From positions 208,791 through 272,790 of the forward strand of contig CAJFCJ010000070.1 in assembly GCA_904063045.1 (NCBI GenBank): DNA of 64,000 bases, in the 5' to 3' direction. A program made the position numbers and the translations under genes. Origin of the DNA: Dimorphilus gyrociliatus (taxonomy: Eukaryota > Animalia > Annelida). This document shows, piece after piece, positions 10,922-22,708 of this stretch. The notes beneath the pieces are model-generated. The model saw nothing but the letters and a program-made list of their open reading frames with translations. It was not told the DNA's origin and ran no database searches. How positions within the stretch are numbered: the first letter of the stretch is position 1; the number at the start of each line of letters is the position of its first letter.

Positions 10922-13340
10922 ATGAAACAGATGTTGTGGCTTCCACTAGTGATGACTGTAATGGTGATCTGTGGCTGCATCCACTCAATAACAGTCCCAA
11001 AACCATCCTACCAAGGTGCACATGTTACAAGTGCAAACATTACCTTAACATTTAAACCACCGTTATACTTTTGTTCTAACCAACTACCAAGCCAGGCATT
11101 TGATCTAGCAGATGAGCCAACTTGTAATATAGAATCACAAGAAACCAAGACAATTACAGCTGATATCTATGAATTGAACTTGGAAGAAATTGAAACAAGA
11201 GCAGTAAAATGTCAAGTGTATCTAAGAACTAATTTTTACACTTACTATTTCTTTGGAGCAAAGAAGAGGAGAATTGTTAACTCAGTTATCAAAGTAACTC
11301 ATGATCAATGCAGACAGATGGTAAAAGACAAACGATCTTTTCAAGGAAAACCTTTAATGGTGAAAAGAAACACTTGGATCCACCAAGATCAGTTTCCTGC
11401 TGCCTACACATGGCCAACAACTACCAAGGTGCTGGAATACACCACAATTATCCAGTTTGGCAAAGCATATTGGCAACCTCCTAATATGAAAATTACAACT
11501 AATCTGGACTACCTGGAAGATTGTTTACCAGGGCAGTCCTATTGTGAGACAGAAGAGGCAATTATTGTCTTTAGAAACCTCAAGAATAATTACACACTTG
11601 GGCAACAATCACCATGGATAAAAATTAGCAACAGAATTAGTTGTATCAAATTTGCTGGTCACTATTCTTGTCCAGGGTATTCTATTCTGGACATCCCTTA
11701 TCAAGATAAGTTCATTGATGGAATTGGTGGTCCTGGAACAAAAGTACTAGTACCACTGGAGGAACAGAGTTTAATACAGGAAACAAGCAAGGAACACCTA
11801 TACAATTTGCTACAATATCAGAAGATTGGCAAAAATGAAGAAAAACGACTATTAAACTATCCCAATAAAGTTAAAGAACAAATTATACTGTACAAGCGAA
11901 ACAACCCCTTACCAAGTCTTAACCAATGGTACAGAGAAACAAACACAAAGTATAAACTAATGAGAAATAAAGGCACACTCAAGGAAGTTGTGATATATCA
12001 TCTACAACAACCCATTAGTCCATCTTACTGGGAGCTGGATAACTATTATATCCAAGAAATGCTGCAAGCAGTCAATTGGACAAGGGCAACAAGACAATCT
12101 GTCACGATTTCAAATATGTATACAGTGAGAAAAGAATCAAAAAGAAGGTATTACCAACATTGGGCATATGGTATAAAGGACCACCAGCCAGAGAATTTAA
12201 GATTACCTATGAAGGAATTTATTTTACTCTACACATGAGAATGGCTAAAAAGCAGATGAAGAAGGAAGCAAAACTGAAACATAAGATAAGTAAAAACCCA
12301 TACCACAAATTCCCATTGGAAATGAGAGAAGCTGCCCAAACATCTACCTTACTACATGGTATTGATTCAAATTTTAAGAATTTAAAAAAGTTTACCCAAC
12401 AGCTGTCAAGTCTTCTCTGCAATCAATTTGTTCAAAGAAGCAGAATGATGGCATTACTAGCAAATTTGGATCCTCAATTGACCACAGTGTTAACAAATGA
12501 GTTGGGAATGCACAGTAGTCAGATGGGAGAATTAGCTATAATTAAACAATGTTCACCAATAGCCTCAACAGAAGTAGTTTGTGACTTAAGCATGATAAAA
12601 AGAATAACAAATGTTCTCAATTTTTACTTGTCACCATGAACAACCTGCTTTTCCAAGTAGAACCAGTTACTCATGTTTTACAGCAAGTCAATCCTGAAGA
12701 GATTACCTATAATGAGTGTAAGTTTAACAAGTTATTCTACAAAACAACTCACAACCCATTAAATCCTATAAGAAACCAACCAATGAAAGACAAAACATAT
12801 GTGTATTATTCAGAAAGAGGATGCAGATTTCACACTGTGTCTGCAAAATCCATGCAGTTACATATCCACAATCACCTTTCTGAACCAAAAATTGAAATTG
12901 CCAGATTAGCTGATCTACTCCACCATGGGGTAAAGAAGGATATTGCATACCAGCACTCAAAAATTAAGCAAGTTATCAGTTCACTAGAACAGAAGCAGGC
13001 AAGGTATGATAACATGGTCACTGTTGCAGAGAAAAATGGCATTGTACCCAATTTATCTGGAATTAAAAAGTTTTTCCATAGTTGGTACTATAAACCTGGG
13101 AAAACACTTTATGTTATCATACGAAATATTTGTTTGAGTATTGTAGTGTCAATGGTATGTATCATCATTTTCAACTATATTATTGGTAGAAGAAAACAAA
13201 GAGAAGAAATTGCTACCCCAAGTGAGAGCACAGATAACTCTCCTGAAAACCCAAAACTAATGAAACAAAGTTGTAGCTTTAGTCAACATCAAACTAATGA
13301 AGAAGAACAACCACCTGTAATTCTCATTAAATCAAGATGA
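10922..13340 (+). CDS. env: Env-like type I membrane glycoprotein (frameshifted over three ORFs); probable class III viral fusogen
   Basis: Signal peptide MKQMLWLPLVMTVMVICGCIHS; C-x9-TYYFFG...QCRQM and YTWPTTT segments; C-terminal TM ICLSIVVSMVCIIIFNYII followed by GRRK; ends just before the PPT. Confidence 0.75.
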
Positions 13341-13356
13341 AGGGACTCATCTTCAC

Positions 13357-13370
13357 AAAGAAGGGGGAAG
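13357..13370 (+). promoter_or_regulatory. Polypurine tract
   Basis: AAAGAAGGGGGAAG immediately 5' of the 3' LTR. Confidence 0.9.
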
Positions 13371-13371
13371 T

Positions 13372-14006
13372 TGTACAACTTTGGTTATATTTTACATGCT
13401 TGAACTCTATTATTTTATGCAACATATACATGTACATCTTAAAACCTACGCAAGAAAATGCTATAACATTGGCCAAACATAAGTCTGATTAGTCAGCTTG
13501 AAGGCTCATCTTTAATTACCAATAAAGGTTTGGCCAAGTTATAATTTAATTAACTTGCCTAGGGTGTGGCCAAGTTATAATTCAATTAACCTTCCTAAAT
13601 GTTGAACCTTGTAACATCCTGTTACTAAAGATAAATATGAACTACACATTTTGGCAACTGTAAAGTGATGATTGGATGTCAGAGACAAACCTCAAAGTAT
13701 ATAAATCCTCATTATTCTTATTTGGCATGCAGCTTCCATCTGGACCCAAGGACCTGGGAAAATCATCTGGAAACAACCTCCACTGGAACCATCCATCTAC
13801 TCCTCAACATTGGAAGACAGTTTGGTAATTTGGCAACCTGCTTTTACAAACTATCTACTCTGCTATCGAACTCTCATATTGTTACTTGCTTAAGTATTAT
13901 TATTGCGAATAAACCGTTTTAATTTAAACATTTGTTTAAAGGTTCGAGTAGAACCAGTATTGTTATAACTTGCAAACGCATAGATTTTGCCAGCAAGAGC
14001 AGTACA
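13372..14006 (+). repeat. 3' LTR of Gypsy A
   Basis: Near-identical direct repeat of 4643-5277. Confidence 0.95.
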
Positions 14007-14141
14007 GAATGATTTATATGTGGAACTACAATTGAAAATTGCATGTTTTTTCTTGTTATTTTTCTAACATGGGGTGAAATATTTTGGGTGGAAATGTCCC
14101 AAAGTGGGCCAAAATGTCCTGGGCCGAAATGTCACTGCACC
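14007..14141. mobile_element. MULE terminus (family 1, GGGCCGAAATGTCC subterminal repeats)
   Basis: Nearly identical to 19651-19795, whose terminus is flanked by a 9-bp TSD. Confidence 0.75.
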
Positions 14142-14399
14142 CTCTGAAATATTGCAATTTACAAAAAATCAATATAGTTGTACACATTTAGGCAGTTTGT
14201 AGGTACTAAACACATAAGCTCGTAACCAGGCTCACAAATTCACACAATACACCCAAATTGTTACATCTTAGGCAACTTTCTGACCTACTAAAATAGGGAG
14301 CAAAAGTTCTCCAAGATAAAGAAAAAAGTAACAAACATGGAAGTATATTTGAACTTTCCCTTTATCCAAATTGTTACATTTGTTTGTGTGAATATTTTT

Positions 14400-14730
14400 A
14401 TCTGTGAACTGTGAACTATTGGAAAAGTATATAAACCCTACGAATTTAACAGTAGTCAGTTCAGTTTTCTAACCGTCAGCTAGTTGTTTAAACTAGCTTG
14501 TTTAGAACTAGAAGCTCATTTTACTCAATACATATTCTTTGGACGAAATACTGGTGTTTTGTTAATCAATTTCTACCGAAATTGCCTTTGTTAGACTATT
14601 TGTGGACGAACTTTAAAGGTTCTATTTGTGTGAGTACTTTGGCAAGTTGGTAAATGATTGGAAAGGACGATTACAGTTGTGACGAACCAGAAATTCCTAC
14701 AATTACAATACAACAAAGTACAATAGTCAT
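14400..14730 (+). repeat. Dispersed repeat with a TATA + Inr core promoter; related copies at about 24745-24850, 25640-25700, 38400-38760 (minus) and 40500-40830 (minus)
   Basis: TATATAAA at 14428-14435 and TCAGTT at 14456-14461; shared blocks such as GGTTCTATTTGTGTGAGTACTTTGG and ACAATACAACAAAGTACA. Confidence 0.65.
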
Positions 14731-15292
14731 CAATAAAATATATAAATAATTTGTAAACTAGGAGAGGTAGAGAGTATCTGAAAACTACTCATAAAACTAG
14801 ACAAAATTTCCTACATTTTAGTTAATAATTTTTTAAAACAAGGCCATTGATTACCCTTCAAAATAGCCCTTGCAAAAAAATAGTCCATCAAATGAAAAAT
14901 TTCTTTCACCACTGTATATACTTTCCAAAGAGTTTAACACATTTTACAAAACTTGTTAAATATTTTTCATTCAAATACAAAATATATTATTGTTTAATGC
15001 AAATATTGAGGATATTTTTTGTTATATGTTTGAATATTTTGACTATTAGCATAATGCATCTTTTTTCATTTAGAGGAACTTTAAATTCTGAGTATCCCCA
15101 TCCCCAATAATTAAATTCACATACAAAATTGAAATTTTCACCTTCTGCAGGAGAAAATATTTTTGGTCATCCTATAATTCTTGGAATTGATGCTGAATTT
15201 TTTGGAGAGAAATTAGCATTTAGGGCAAATTAGTATCATTAATTAGTAAAAGAAAAGCAATTACCATAGAGGACTATTCCAGTTTTAGCAGA

Positions 15293-16600
15293 ATTAGTGC
15301 TGCTACCATCATCAATAGAAGCTCCAATTTATATACCATCATTCTATTTTCAAATAGCAATATAAATAATTAAAACTATTTGAATAGAATAAGAAAAAAA
15401 TATGGAAAATATGAATCATCTGTTACTCATTTTTTCTGATTTAGCTACAGTGAAAGTATATGTTGAACTTTCAACAGTAGCTGTCACTAGAACTTAAACA
15501 AGTGATTAAATTTTTTAAACAGCCTATCTATAGTTTAGATTTTAGTATTATTATTTACTTTTTTATATACATTTTTAATATAAATCAAGTTATAGCAAGA
15601 CTCATAGGACTCATCAAACTAATGTTGTATACATCGAATTTAAGGATGCAATGCACTTTATCATGGGAAAGTTGTATGTCTTACAATTTCTTCCATAAGG
15701 ATTTATCTTGTATGGGTTTTTTTGACATTCCATCGACTCCTTTGTGTTTGAGGTCTCACTTGTTGTTAAATATAGTGTTTAGTGTCTGTTTTTAATGGAG
15801 TTAGGGTGTGAATGTACATCAAAAGTGCTCCTAAAAATTCTTTAACAGAATATATTGATACCATATTTTTGTATGAATTATAATACACAACAAAAAAAGG
15901 CATTAAAAGTATATTCATCAGACTAGCTCAACCATGCATATGTAATTTTAAATAAGTATAGAGCAATACTCTATTTACACATCACTATGGTTTTTCTTTA
16001 ATTCTACAGCCAATTGTAGATAATTGATATTCAACTCAAATATTAAAATTAAATTTATCCTATGTTGACAACAGCTCTAGTAGGTCATATATTTGTTCCC
16101 TGATTTCCTCAGATAATTAGAGGGCCAGATTGGGCCAAGAAAAAAGATCTATCTTGGCAATTTACAAGAAATTGCTACAATGCCTCATCAATAAAATACA
16201 ATGGAAAATACAACATAAAAATTTAATAGAATGTATTGTTTATGAAGAAATATACACAACTGTTCAGCTCAGGTTAAGCATAAAGGAAACTTATTATTTG
16301 TTGACATGAATCTAAGTTGATTCCCATGTTATATCAAATTTTTCAGAGCAGCTATCTTTAACACTTCTACACAATTTTCTGTAATGGGCTTTACAAAAAT
16401 TGCATGTGTATTTTTCTTGCTTCTCTCTCACATTTTCAGTCTGAAATGAGAAATATTAGAAACAGCCAAACTATCTTTTTGCTATACCTTTTTTAGTAGT
16501 TCTCTCATTACAAGTTTTTCCATTAATATGTCATCTTTTTTAGATAATAGTTCCATCAATTCATCTTCTAAAAGTGTAGAAAATGCCAAATTAGCCAGAA
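15293..16600. repeat. Left arm of a 1.3-kb inverted duplication
   Basis: Reverse complement of 17222-18529; ORFs 15502..15795(+) and 18027..18320(-) give identical translations. Confidence 0.95.
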
Positions 16601-16634
16601 TTAAAACCAGACAAATATTGAGGATGTATTTCAT
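16312..16634 (-). CDS. Two-exon 91-aa secreted prepropeptide with a 4-Cys C-terminal peptide (exons 16634-16488 and 16440-16312)
   Basis: Signal peptide MKYILNICLVLILANLAFS; acidic/helical pro-region; 47-bp GT-AG phase-0 intron; exon 2 encodes TENVREKQEKYTCNFCKAHYRKLCRSVKDSCSEKFDITWEST then stop. Confidence 0.75.
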
Positions 16635-17221
16635 TTTGCGAAAAAGATTAAAGATTTTATTAGCCAAAAAATGTCAAGCTATATTCAAAGTGTAGAGTTT
16701 ACATAGACACACACAAATATATATATATATATCCTTTGAAAGTATTTAGGCTAACTAAAAGACCTGAAAAACTGGTTTGACATGTTTCACTTCAAATGCA
16801 GACAATATTCTTTTAGATTCCTTTGTGTCCAATGCCTCACTTTTTTCAAATTGAAAGCAATCATACACAAATACAGAATTATTTTCAACATACACCAAAA
16901 ATACTAGTTTCGCATAGGTCAGTGCATACACATTATGCAGCAATAAAACCTTTTGAATTATATAAAGAATATTTGCTATTTGCAACCTTGCATTAATATT
17001 ACAATTTATTAATCCATAAATTTATGATTTCGAACTAAAACTAGTTCAATTAATTATCAATTATGCTTAAATTCTAAGTTTAGATTATATTCACTATTCA
17101 ACAGTATTGTATACACAATACTGTTCTTTTTAACATGTAAAAGATGACAAGGCCAAATATTACCTTTATTTTTTTGGCCTTTGTCACCTTGAGAGCAAAT
17201 ATTCTTTATATAATTCAAAAG

Positions 17222-17510
17222 TTCTGGCTAATTTGGCATTTTCTAGGCTTTTAGAAGATGAATTGATGGAACTATTGTCTAAAAAAGATGACATATTAAT
17301 GGAAAAACTTGTAATGAGAGAACTACTAAAAAAGGTATAGCAAAAAGATAGTTTGGCTGTTTCTAATATTTCTCATTTCAGACTGAAAATGTGAGAGAGA
17401 AGCAAGAAAAATACACATGCAATTTTTGTAAAGCCCATTACAGAAAATTGTGTAGAAGTGTTAAAGATAGCTGCTCTGAAAAATTTGATATAACATGGGA
17501 ATCAACTTAG
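17222..17510 (+). pseudogene. Second copy of the Cys-peptide gene, lacking an in-frame start and the 5' half of the signal peptide
   Basis: Exon ends at 17334, intron 17335-17381, exon 17382-17510. No in-frame ATG upstream of the signal remnant; the ATG at 17144 is in another frame. Confidence 0.6.
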
Positions 17511-18529
17511 ATTCATGTCAACAAATAATAAGTTTCCTTTATGCTTAACCTGAGCTGAACAGTTGTGTATATTTCTTCATAAACAATACATTCTATTAAA
17601 TTTTTATGTTGTATTTTCCATTGTATTTTATTGATGAGGCATTGTAGCAATTTCTTGTAAATTGCCAAGATAGATCTTTTTTCTTGGCCCAATCTGGCCC
17701 TCTAATTATCTGAGGAAATCAGGGAACAAATATATGACCTACTAGAGCTGTTGTCAACATAGGATAAATTTAATTTTAATATTTGAGTTGAATATCAATT
17801 ATCTACAATTGGCTGTAGAATTAAAGAAAAACCATAGTGATGTGTAAATAGAGTATTGCTCTATACTTATTTAAAATTACATATGCATGGTTGAGCTAGT
17901 CTGATGAATATACTTTTAATGCCTTTTTTTGTTGTGTATTATAATTCATACAAAAATATGGTATCAATATATTCTGTTAAAGAATTTTTAGGAGCACTTT
18001 TGATGTACATTCACACCCTAACTCCATTAAAAACAGACACTAAACACTATATTTAACAACAAGTGAGACCTCAAACACAAAGGAGTCGATGGAATGTCAA
18101 AAAAACCCATACAAGATAAATCCTTATGGAAGAAATTGTAAGACATACAACTTTCCCATGATAAAGTGCATTGCATCCTTAAATTCGATGTATACAACAT
18201 TAGTTTGATGAGTCCTATGAGTCTTGCTATAACTTGATTTATATTAAAAATGTATATAAAAAAGTAAATAATAATACTAAAATCTAAACTATAGATAGGC
18301 TGTTTAAAAAATTTAATCACTTGTTTAAGTTCTAGTGACAGCTACTGTTGAAAGTTCAACATATACTTTCACTGTAGCTAAATCAGAAAAAATGAGTAAC
18401 AGATGATTCATATTTTCCATATTTTTTTCTTATTCTATTCAAATAGTTTTAATTATTTATATTGCTATTTGAAAATAGAATGATGGTATATAAATTGGAG
18501 CTTCTATTGATGATGGTAGCAGCACTAAT
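17222..18529. repeat. Right arm of the inverted duplication
   Basis: Reverse complement of 15293-16600. Confidence 0.95.
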
Positions 18530-19509
18530 ATCATTAAATTCTCCACATTTTCAACAGCACCACTTGGAATATCAATTTCTCTCCAAATATAGACCAACAA
18601 TCTGGTTTATCTAATTATTGATATCTAAAAATTATTTTAAAAATTTGTATTTATTGCAATAGGCGAGCGATATTAGATTACAGATGTTTGGTTTGATGAA
18701 TTATACAGCTTTTCACACTGGGTGTTAGGTTGAAAAAGTGAAAATTCTTTAATCAAGTTATAAAAATGATATGGCACAAATACAGGGTTTACAAACTACT
18801 TGTTTGTTTGTCATTTTGTGAATAAAATGTATAAGACAGCACTTGAGATTGAATTTGGTGAAAATTGTTCATATTTACACTAACCTCAGACCTGAAAATG
18901 TTTGCTAACCAGGCTGGTAGCTAAAACAAAGCTGTTAACTTTTTAAGTACTGGTACCAGTTTTCCCAACCCTATTGATTCTCAATTGTGGAAAATTTTAT
19001 GACAATCTGAGAGGATGTCTGAAACAATCAAACCTCTTATTTAAACTGTCACCAAGTTCAAGTGTGGATATTGTACCTGTGGAGGGTTCAGACAGAGCCT
19101 AATATATCTAAAATTGCATGTAATATCTATATTATTTATATTCCCTAACCCTAAACTGAAAAACCTTTTTGACATAACTAAACACCATCAGGATTAATTC
19201 ATTGTTCTTGTCTTTAACTTGAGACCACTTTTCAGTTCAAAAATTTACATTTTTTATATTTTGCACAGCAGTTCAACCGCATTTTCTGGTCATTTGAAGG
19301 TATTGCTTTCTATATTTCAGATATCTTTGTCCTTAGAATAGAGTTCATGCTTTAGCTTGTTTGAAAGCATTATTACATATATTTCATTCTTTGACTTCTT
19401 ATTCATGTTATGAATGTGTAGGCCTACGAAGTAAAAGTCTTTCTAAAGTAACTAAAGGTAGGTTGCCAAAACTATTATACACATGATCTCATATTATAAG
19501 CAAATTTAG

Positions 19510-19795
19510 AGTCCTGGGCCGAAATGTCCTGACCCCGGATTTAACAAGTGCATTTCATCATATTCCAATCAAAGAAGAAGATAAGGAGAAAACTGCTTTT
19601 ATTACGCCATTTGGTTTATTTGAATTCAACCGCATGCCTTCATTTTTTTTGAATGATTTATATATATATATATATGGAACTGCAATTGAAAATTGCATGT
19701 TTTTTCTTGTTATTTTTTTAACATGGGGTGAAATATTTTGGGCAGAAATGTCCCAAAGTGGGCCGAAATGTCCTGGGCCGAAATGTCACTGCACC
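19510..19795. mobile_element. Both termini of a family-1 MULE with an inverted 100-bp Gypsy RT fragment (19537-19641) between them
   Basis: Termini GGGGTCAGGACATTTCGGCCC and GGTGCAGTGACATTTCGGCCC. TSD GGATTTAAC at 19537-19545, with its reverse complement at 19796-19804. The + strand fragment reads DLTSAFHHIPIKEEDKEKTAFITPFGLFEFNRMP. Confidence 0.8.
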
Positions 19796-20655
19796 GTTAA
19801 ATCCAATATAGAAAAATATTTGTGGCCTCCTCCAAGCTTATCAAATAAGTCTTCCTGATGTGGGATTGGATAACAATTCTTTTTTGATTGCTTGTTAAGT
19901 TTTCTGTAATCCAGACACATTCTTAATGTTCCTTCTTTCTTTTTCACAAAACAATGGGTGAAGACCATTGCCTTTTGCTTGCTCTAATTAGACCATTTTC
20001 CAATAATCCATTTAATTGATCCCTGCATTCCTGCTGTTTGTTGAGTGGCAATCTGTATGGTCTTTGTTTGAAAGGCTTTATATCTTCCAATAATTCAATT
20101 GCCATTGGTGGAACATCTGGTGAACCAATGTCATTCTGATTTGTAGCAATAATATCTTCATAATTCTTTATCATTTCTTTTAATTCTTCTCTGTTCTTGT
20201 CAAGATTATTTTTGGACACATGTAAATAATTGTCAATTTCTAGTGTATTTGAATTAATATTGTGTACATTTTGATTAGACAAATGTTCAAATTCAATACT
20301 TTCCAACTGTAATTCTTCTATTTCAGGAGTTACTGGATTTTTCTTTTGTTCTTTTTCCACTTTGATAGTTATTCCATCTTCTAATTCTATGTATTGTGGT
20401 TTAATTTCCATTACCATAGCCAAGTCTTCATTTTATTCTTCAGAGGAATTTATGAGAATAACTGAGTCATTGTCAGACTTAGGTATATTTCCAGTCTCTT
20501 CATCAGATGAGTCTATAACAATTATGGAATCATTGTCAGACTCAATTGTGTTACTGGTCTCTTCTTCAGATGAGTCTATAACAATCATTGAATCATTATC
20601 AGGCTCAGTTATGTTATCAAGCTCTTCCTCAGATGAGTCTATAACAATCATTGAA
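19796..20655 (-). mobile_element. Gypsy B-type pol 5' part: 63-bp Ser/Asp repeats, spacer and RT N-half
   Basis: [21 protein letters not shown] and [18 protein letters not shown]...YFSILDLT; PQYIELEDGITI is shared with 10820-10865. Confidence 0.9.
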
Positions 20656-22437
20656 CCATATTCTGAGCAAATGTGATGAAATTTTACAAGATAAATCTAC
20701 CAATAAAGTCTCAAATGCTGAAAATATAGATCTAAATCATACAAGAGAAGAGATAGATGTGCAAAATATAATAATGGATGTTGATCATGAAGAAGTGGTT
20801 ACCCTTATTGAAACACTGAATTGTGATGCAGAGTACAGGCTTGTTGATAATCTTAGTGAAAGCAGCCCTCTGCATGGAAATACATTACATTTGAATGAGA
20901 ATGATGTCAATATGGAGGAGTCCTTTGAAAGTATACCAGAGGTGAACTATGACAGCAATGGTAAATTCAGAATATTCCCTACAGGAAGTCAAAAAGGCAA
21001 AGAATTACTTGTATCTAATGGTCACTCATTTGTTGTCAAAAGAAAAGACAAGACTTCCATAATTTGGAGATGTGGAGTTAGAAGCAAGAAAATGAAATGT
21101 CCTGCCAGTGTCATTCAAAGAAATAATAACTTCTCTTTGGGGTCTAAATATCATATTCACCCCCCCAAAAAAAATTTAGAACAAATTATTGAAATGAAAG
21201 TGACAGCAAAACAAAAAGGAAAGACTGACACCAATGTTAGTGGAAAACGAATAGCTGAAAATGTTCTGCTTCCTTTTGCAAATATGGGAAATATTGTGAA
21301 AGTTGAAAATTGCAAAGAAATGATAAATTACCATAGAAGAAAAAATCATCCCAATGAACCTATTGGAAGAAACTTTCTTATTAATAATTGCTTCATTCCT
21401 GATGATTTCTTAAAGAAAGATGTCCTTGAAAATAATGAAAGAGTGATTATTTTTTCCACTTCAAAACAACTTAGCTTACTTGCAGTGTCAAAAGTCTGGT
21501 ACTTAGATGGAACTTTCAAGATTGTTAAGGACCCATTTACACAGTTATTTTCATTTCACTCATTCCTCAAAAAAGAAGGTGAATTAAAAAAGGTTCCTCT
21601 TCTATATGCATTCATGTCATCAAAAAAGAAAAAAGCATATAATCTGTTATTCAAGGTAGTTCAACTTGAAATTTTCTCTGAAATGCATTTAATATTCATT
21701 TCACTGTTTTTCAGTGCATTAATCAACTGCTACAATATAAGGAACCAAAAAAGATAGTTATGGATTTTGAAAAAGCTGTTTGGAAAGCTGTATTAAATAA
21801 TTGGGAAAATGTAAATCTGTCAGGATGCTTATTCCATTGGAATCAAGCAGTTTATAGAAAAATTCAGGTATTATTCAACCTAAAACTCAAACTGGAGTCA
21901 TTTTTAATTTTGTTTTTTTAGGAGCTTGGTTATTCATCAGACTTCAACAAAAAAAATGGACAATGGTTTGAAATGAGACAGCTAATGGCTTTGCCATTCC
22001 TTCCATCTCACATTATTCCAATAGAGTTTATTAAAATTAAGGATTACCTTAAATCAATTGATAAACTTGCTGATTTTATTGATTATTTTGAAAGAACTTG
22101 GATTTTGAATGATGTTTGGTCACCAAAATGTTGGTCTATCTATCAATGTGCAATCAGAACAAATAATGATGTTGAGGGATTTCACAATAGGTTGAATGGA
22201 AATGTTGGAGTGAATGTTTCATTTTATTCTGTGATAGATGAATTGAAAAGGGAAGCAGACCTTATAGCAGCATATCAAAGAATGTTATCAGAAAAGAAGA
22301 TATTAAGATACCAAAGAAAGCTTTATAAGAACCTGCAAAATAAAATATTTTCAATTTGGGAAAGATTTGAAAAGCATGAGATTACTTCATCAGAAGTTCT
22401 AGTAAAGTGTTCTGAACTTTATTTAGTAGCTCAATAA
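20651..22437 (+). CDS. MULE (MuDR-type) transposase, 3 exons (to 21655; 21715-21867; 21922-22437); 5' end lost at the Gypsy junction
   Basis: FLYWCH finger (IIWRCGVRSKKMKCPA...HIH); catalytic WYLDGTFK, VMDFE and RTNNDVEGFH; GCLFHW motif; both GT-AG introns keep the frame. Confidence 0.92.
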
Positions 22438-22569
22438 ATAAATCAATTGTTGTTAAATTGCATGATCTTTTAAGTTGTAGTCTCATAATGTATTCAACTC
22501 TTCAAATAAACACACTTTCAAAATTTCATTCATTTCTTGTTTTATATATTTTAGGTTGAAGAATCCTGT

Positions 22570-22708
22570 GGCCATTTTCTGTCTCAGTTGGGGCCGTTTT
22601 CTGTTCCAGTTGGGGCCGTTTTCTGTTCAAGTTGAGGCCGTTTTCTGTTGATTTGTGGCCGTTTTCTGTTGGGTCCGTTTTCTGTTGGGGCCGTTTTCTG
22701 TCGTATTC
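22570..22708. repeat. Right terminal repeat of this MULE (family 2, GGCCGTTTTCTGTT array)
   Basis: About 7 tandem copies of the motif, ending ...TGTCGTATTC, downstream of the transposase. Confidence 0.75.

Larger units (their letters stand above)
4643..14006 (+). mobile_element. Ty3/Gypsy LTR retrotransposon A (LTR-gag-PR-RT-RH-INT-PR2-env-LTR), with an assembly gap and many 1-nt frameshifts
   Basis: Two 635-bp TG...CA direct repeats, a PBS, a PPT and all canonical protein motifs in Gypsy order. Confidence 0.95.

Noticed and set aside
7900-12640. Multiple frameshifts in Gypsy A as programmed recoding
   Set aside because: Too many, and located inside conserved domains; better explained by consensus errors or decay.
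15502-15795. Identical 97-aa ORFs at 15502..15795 and 18027..18320
   Set aside because: A by-product of the inverted duplication; AT-rich, motif-free and probably non-coding.
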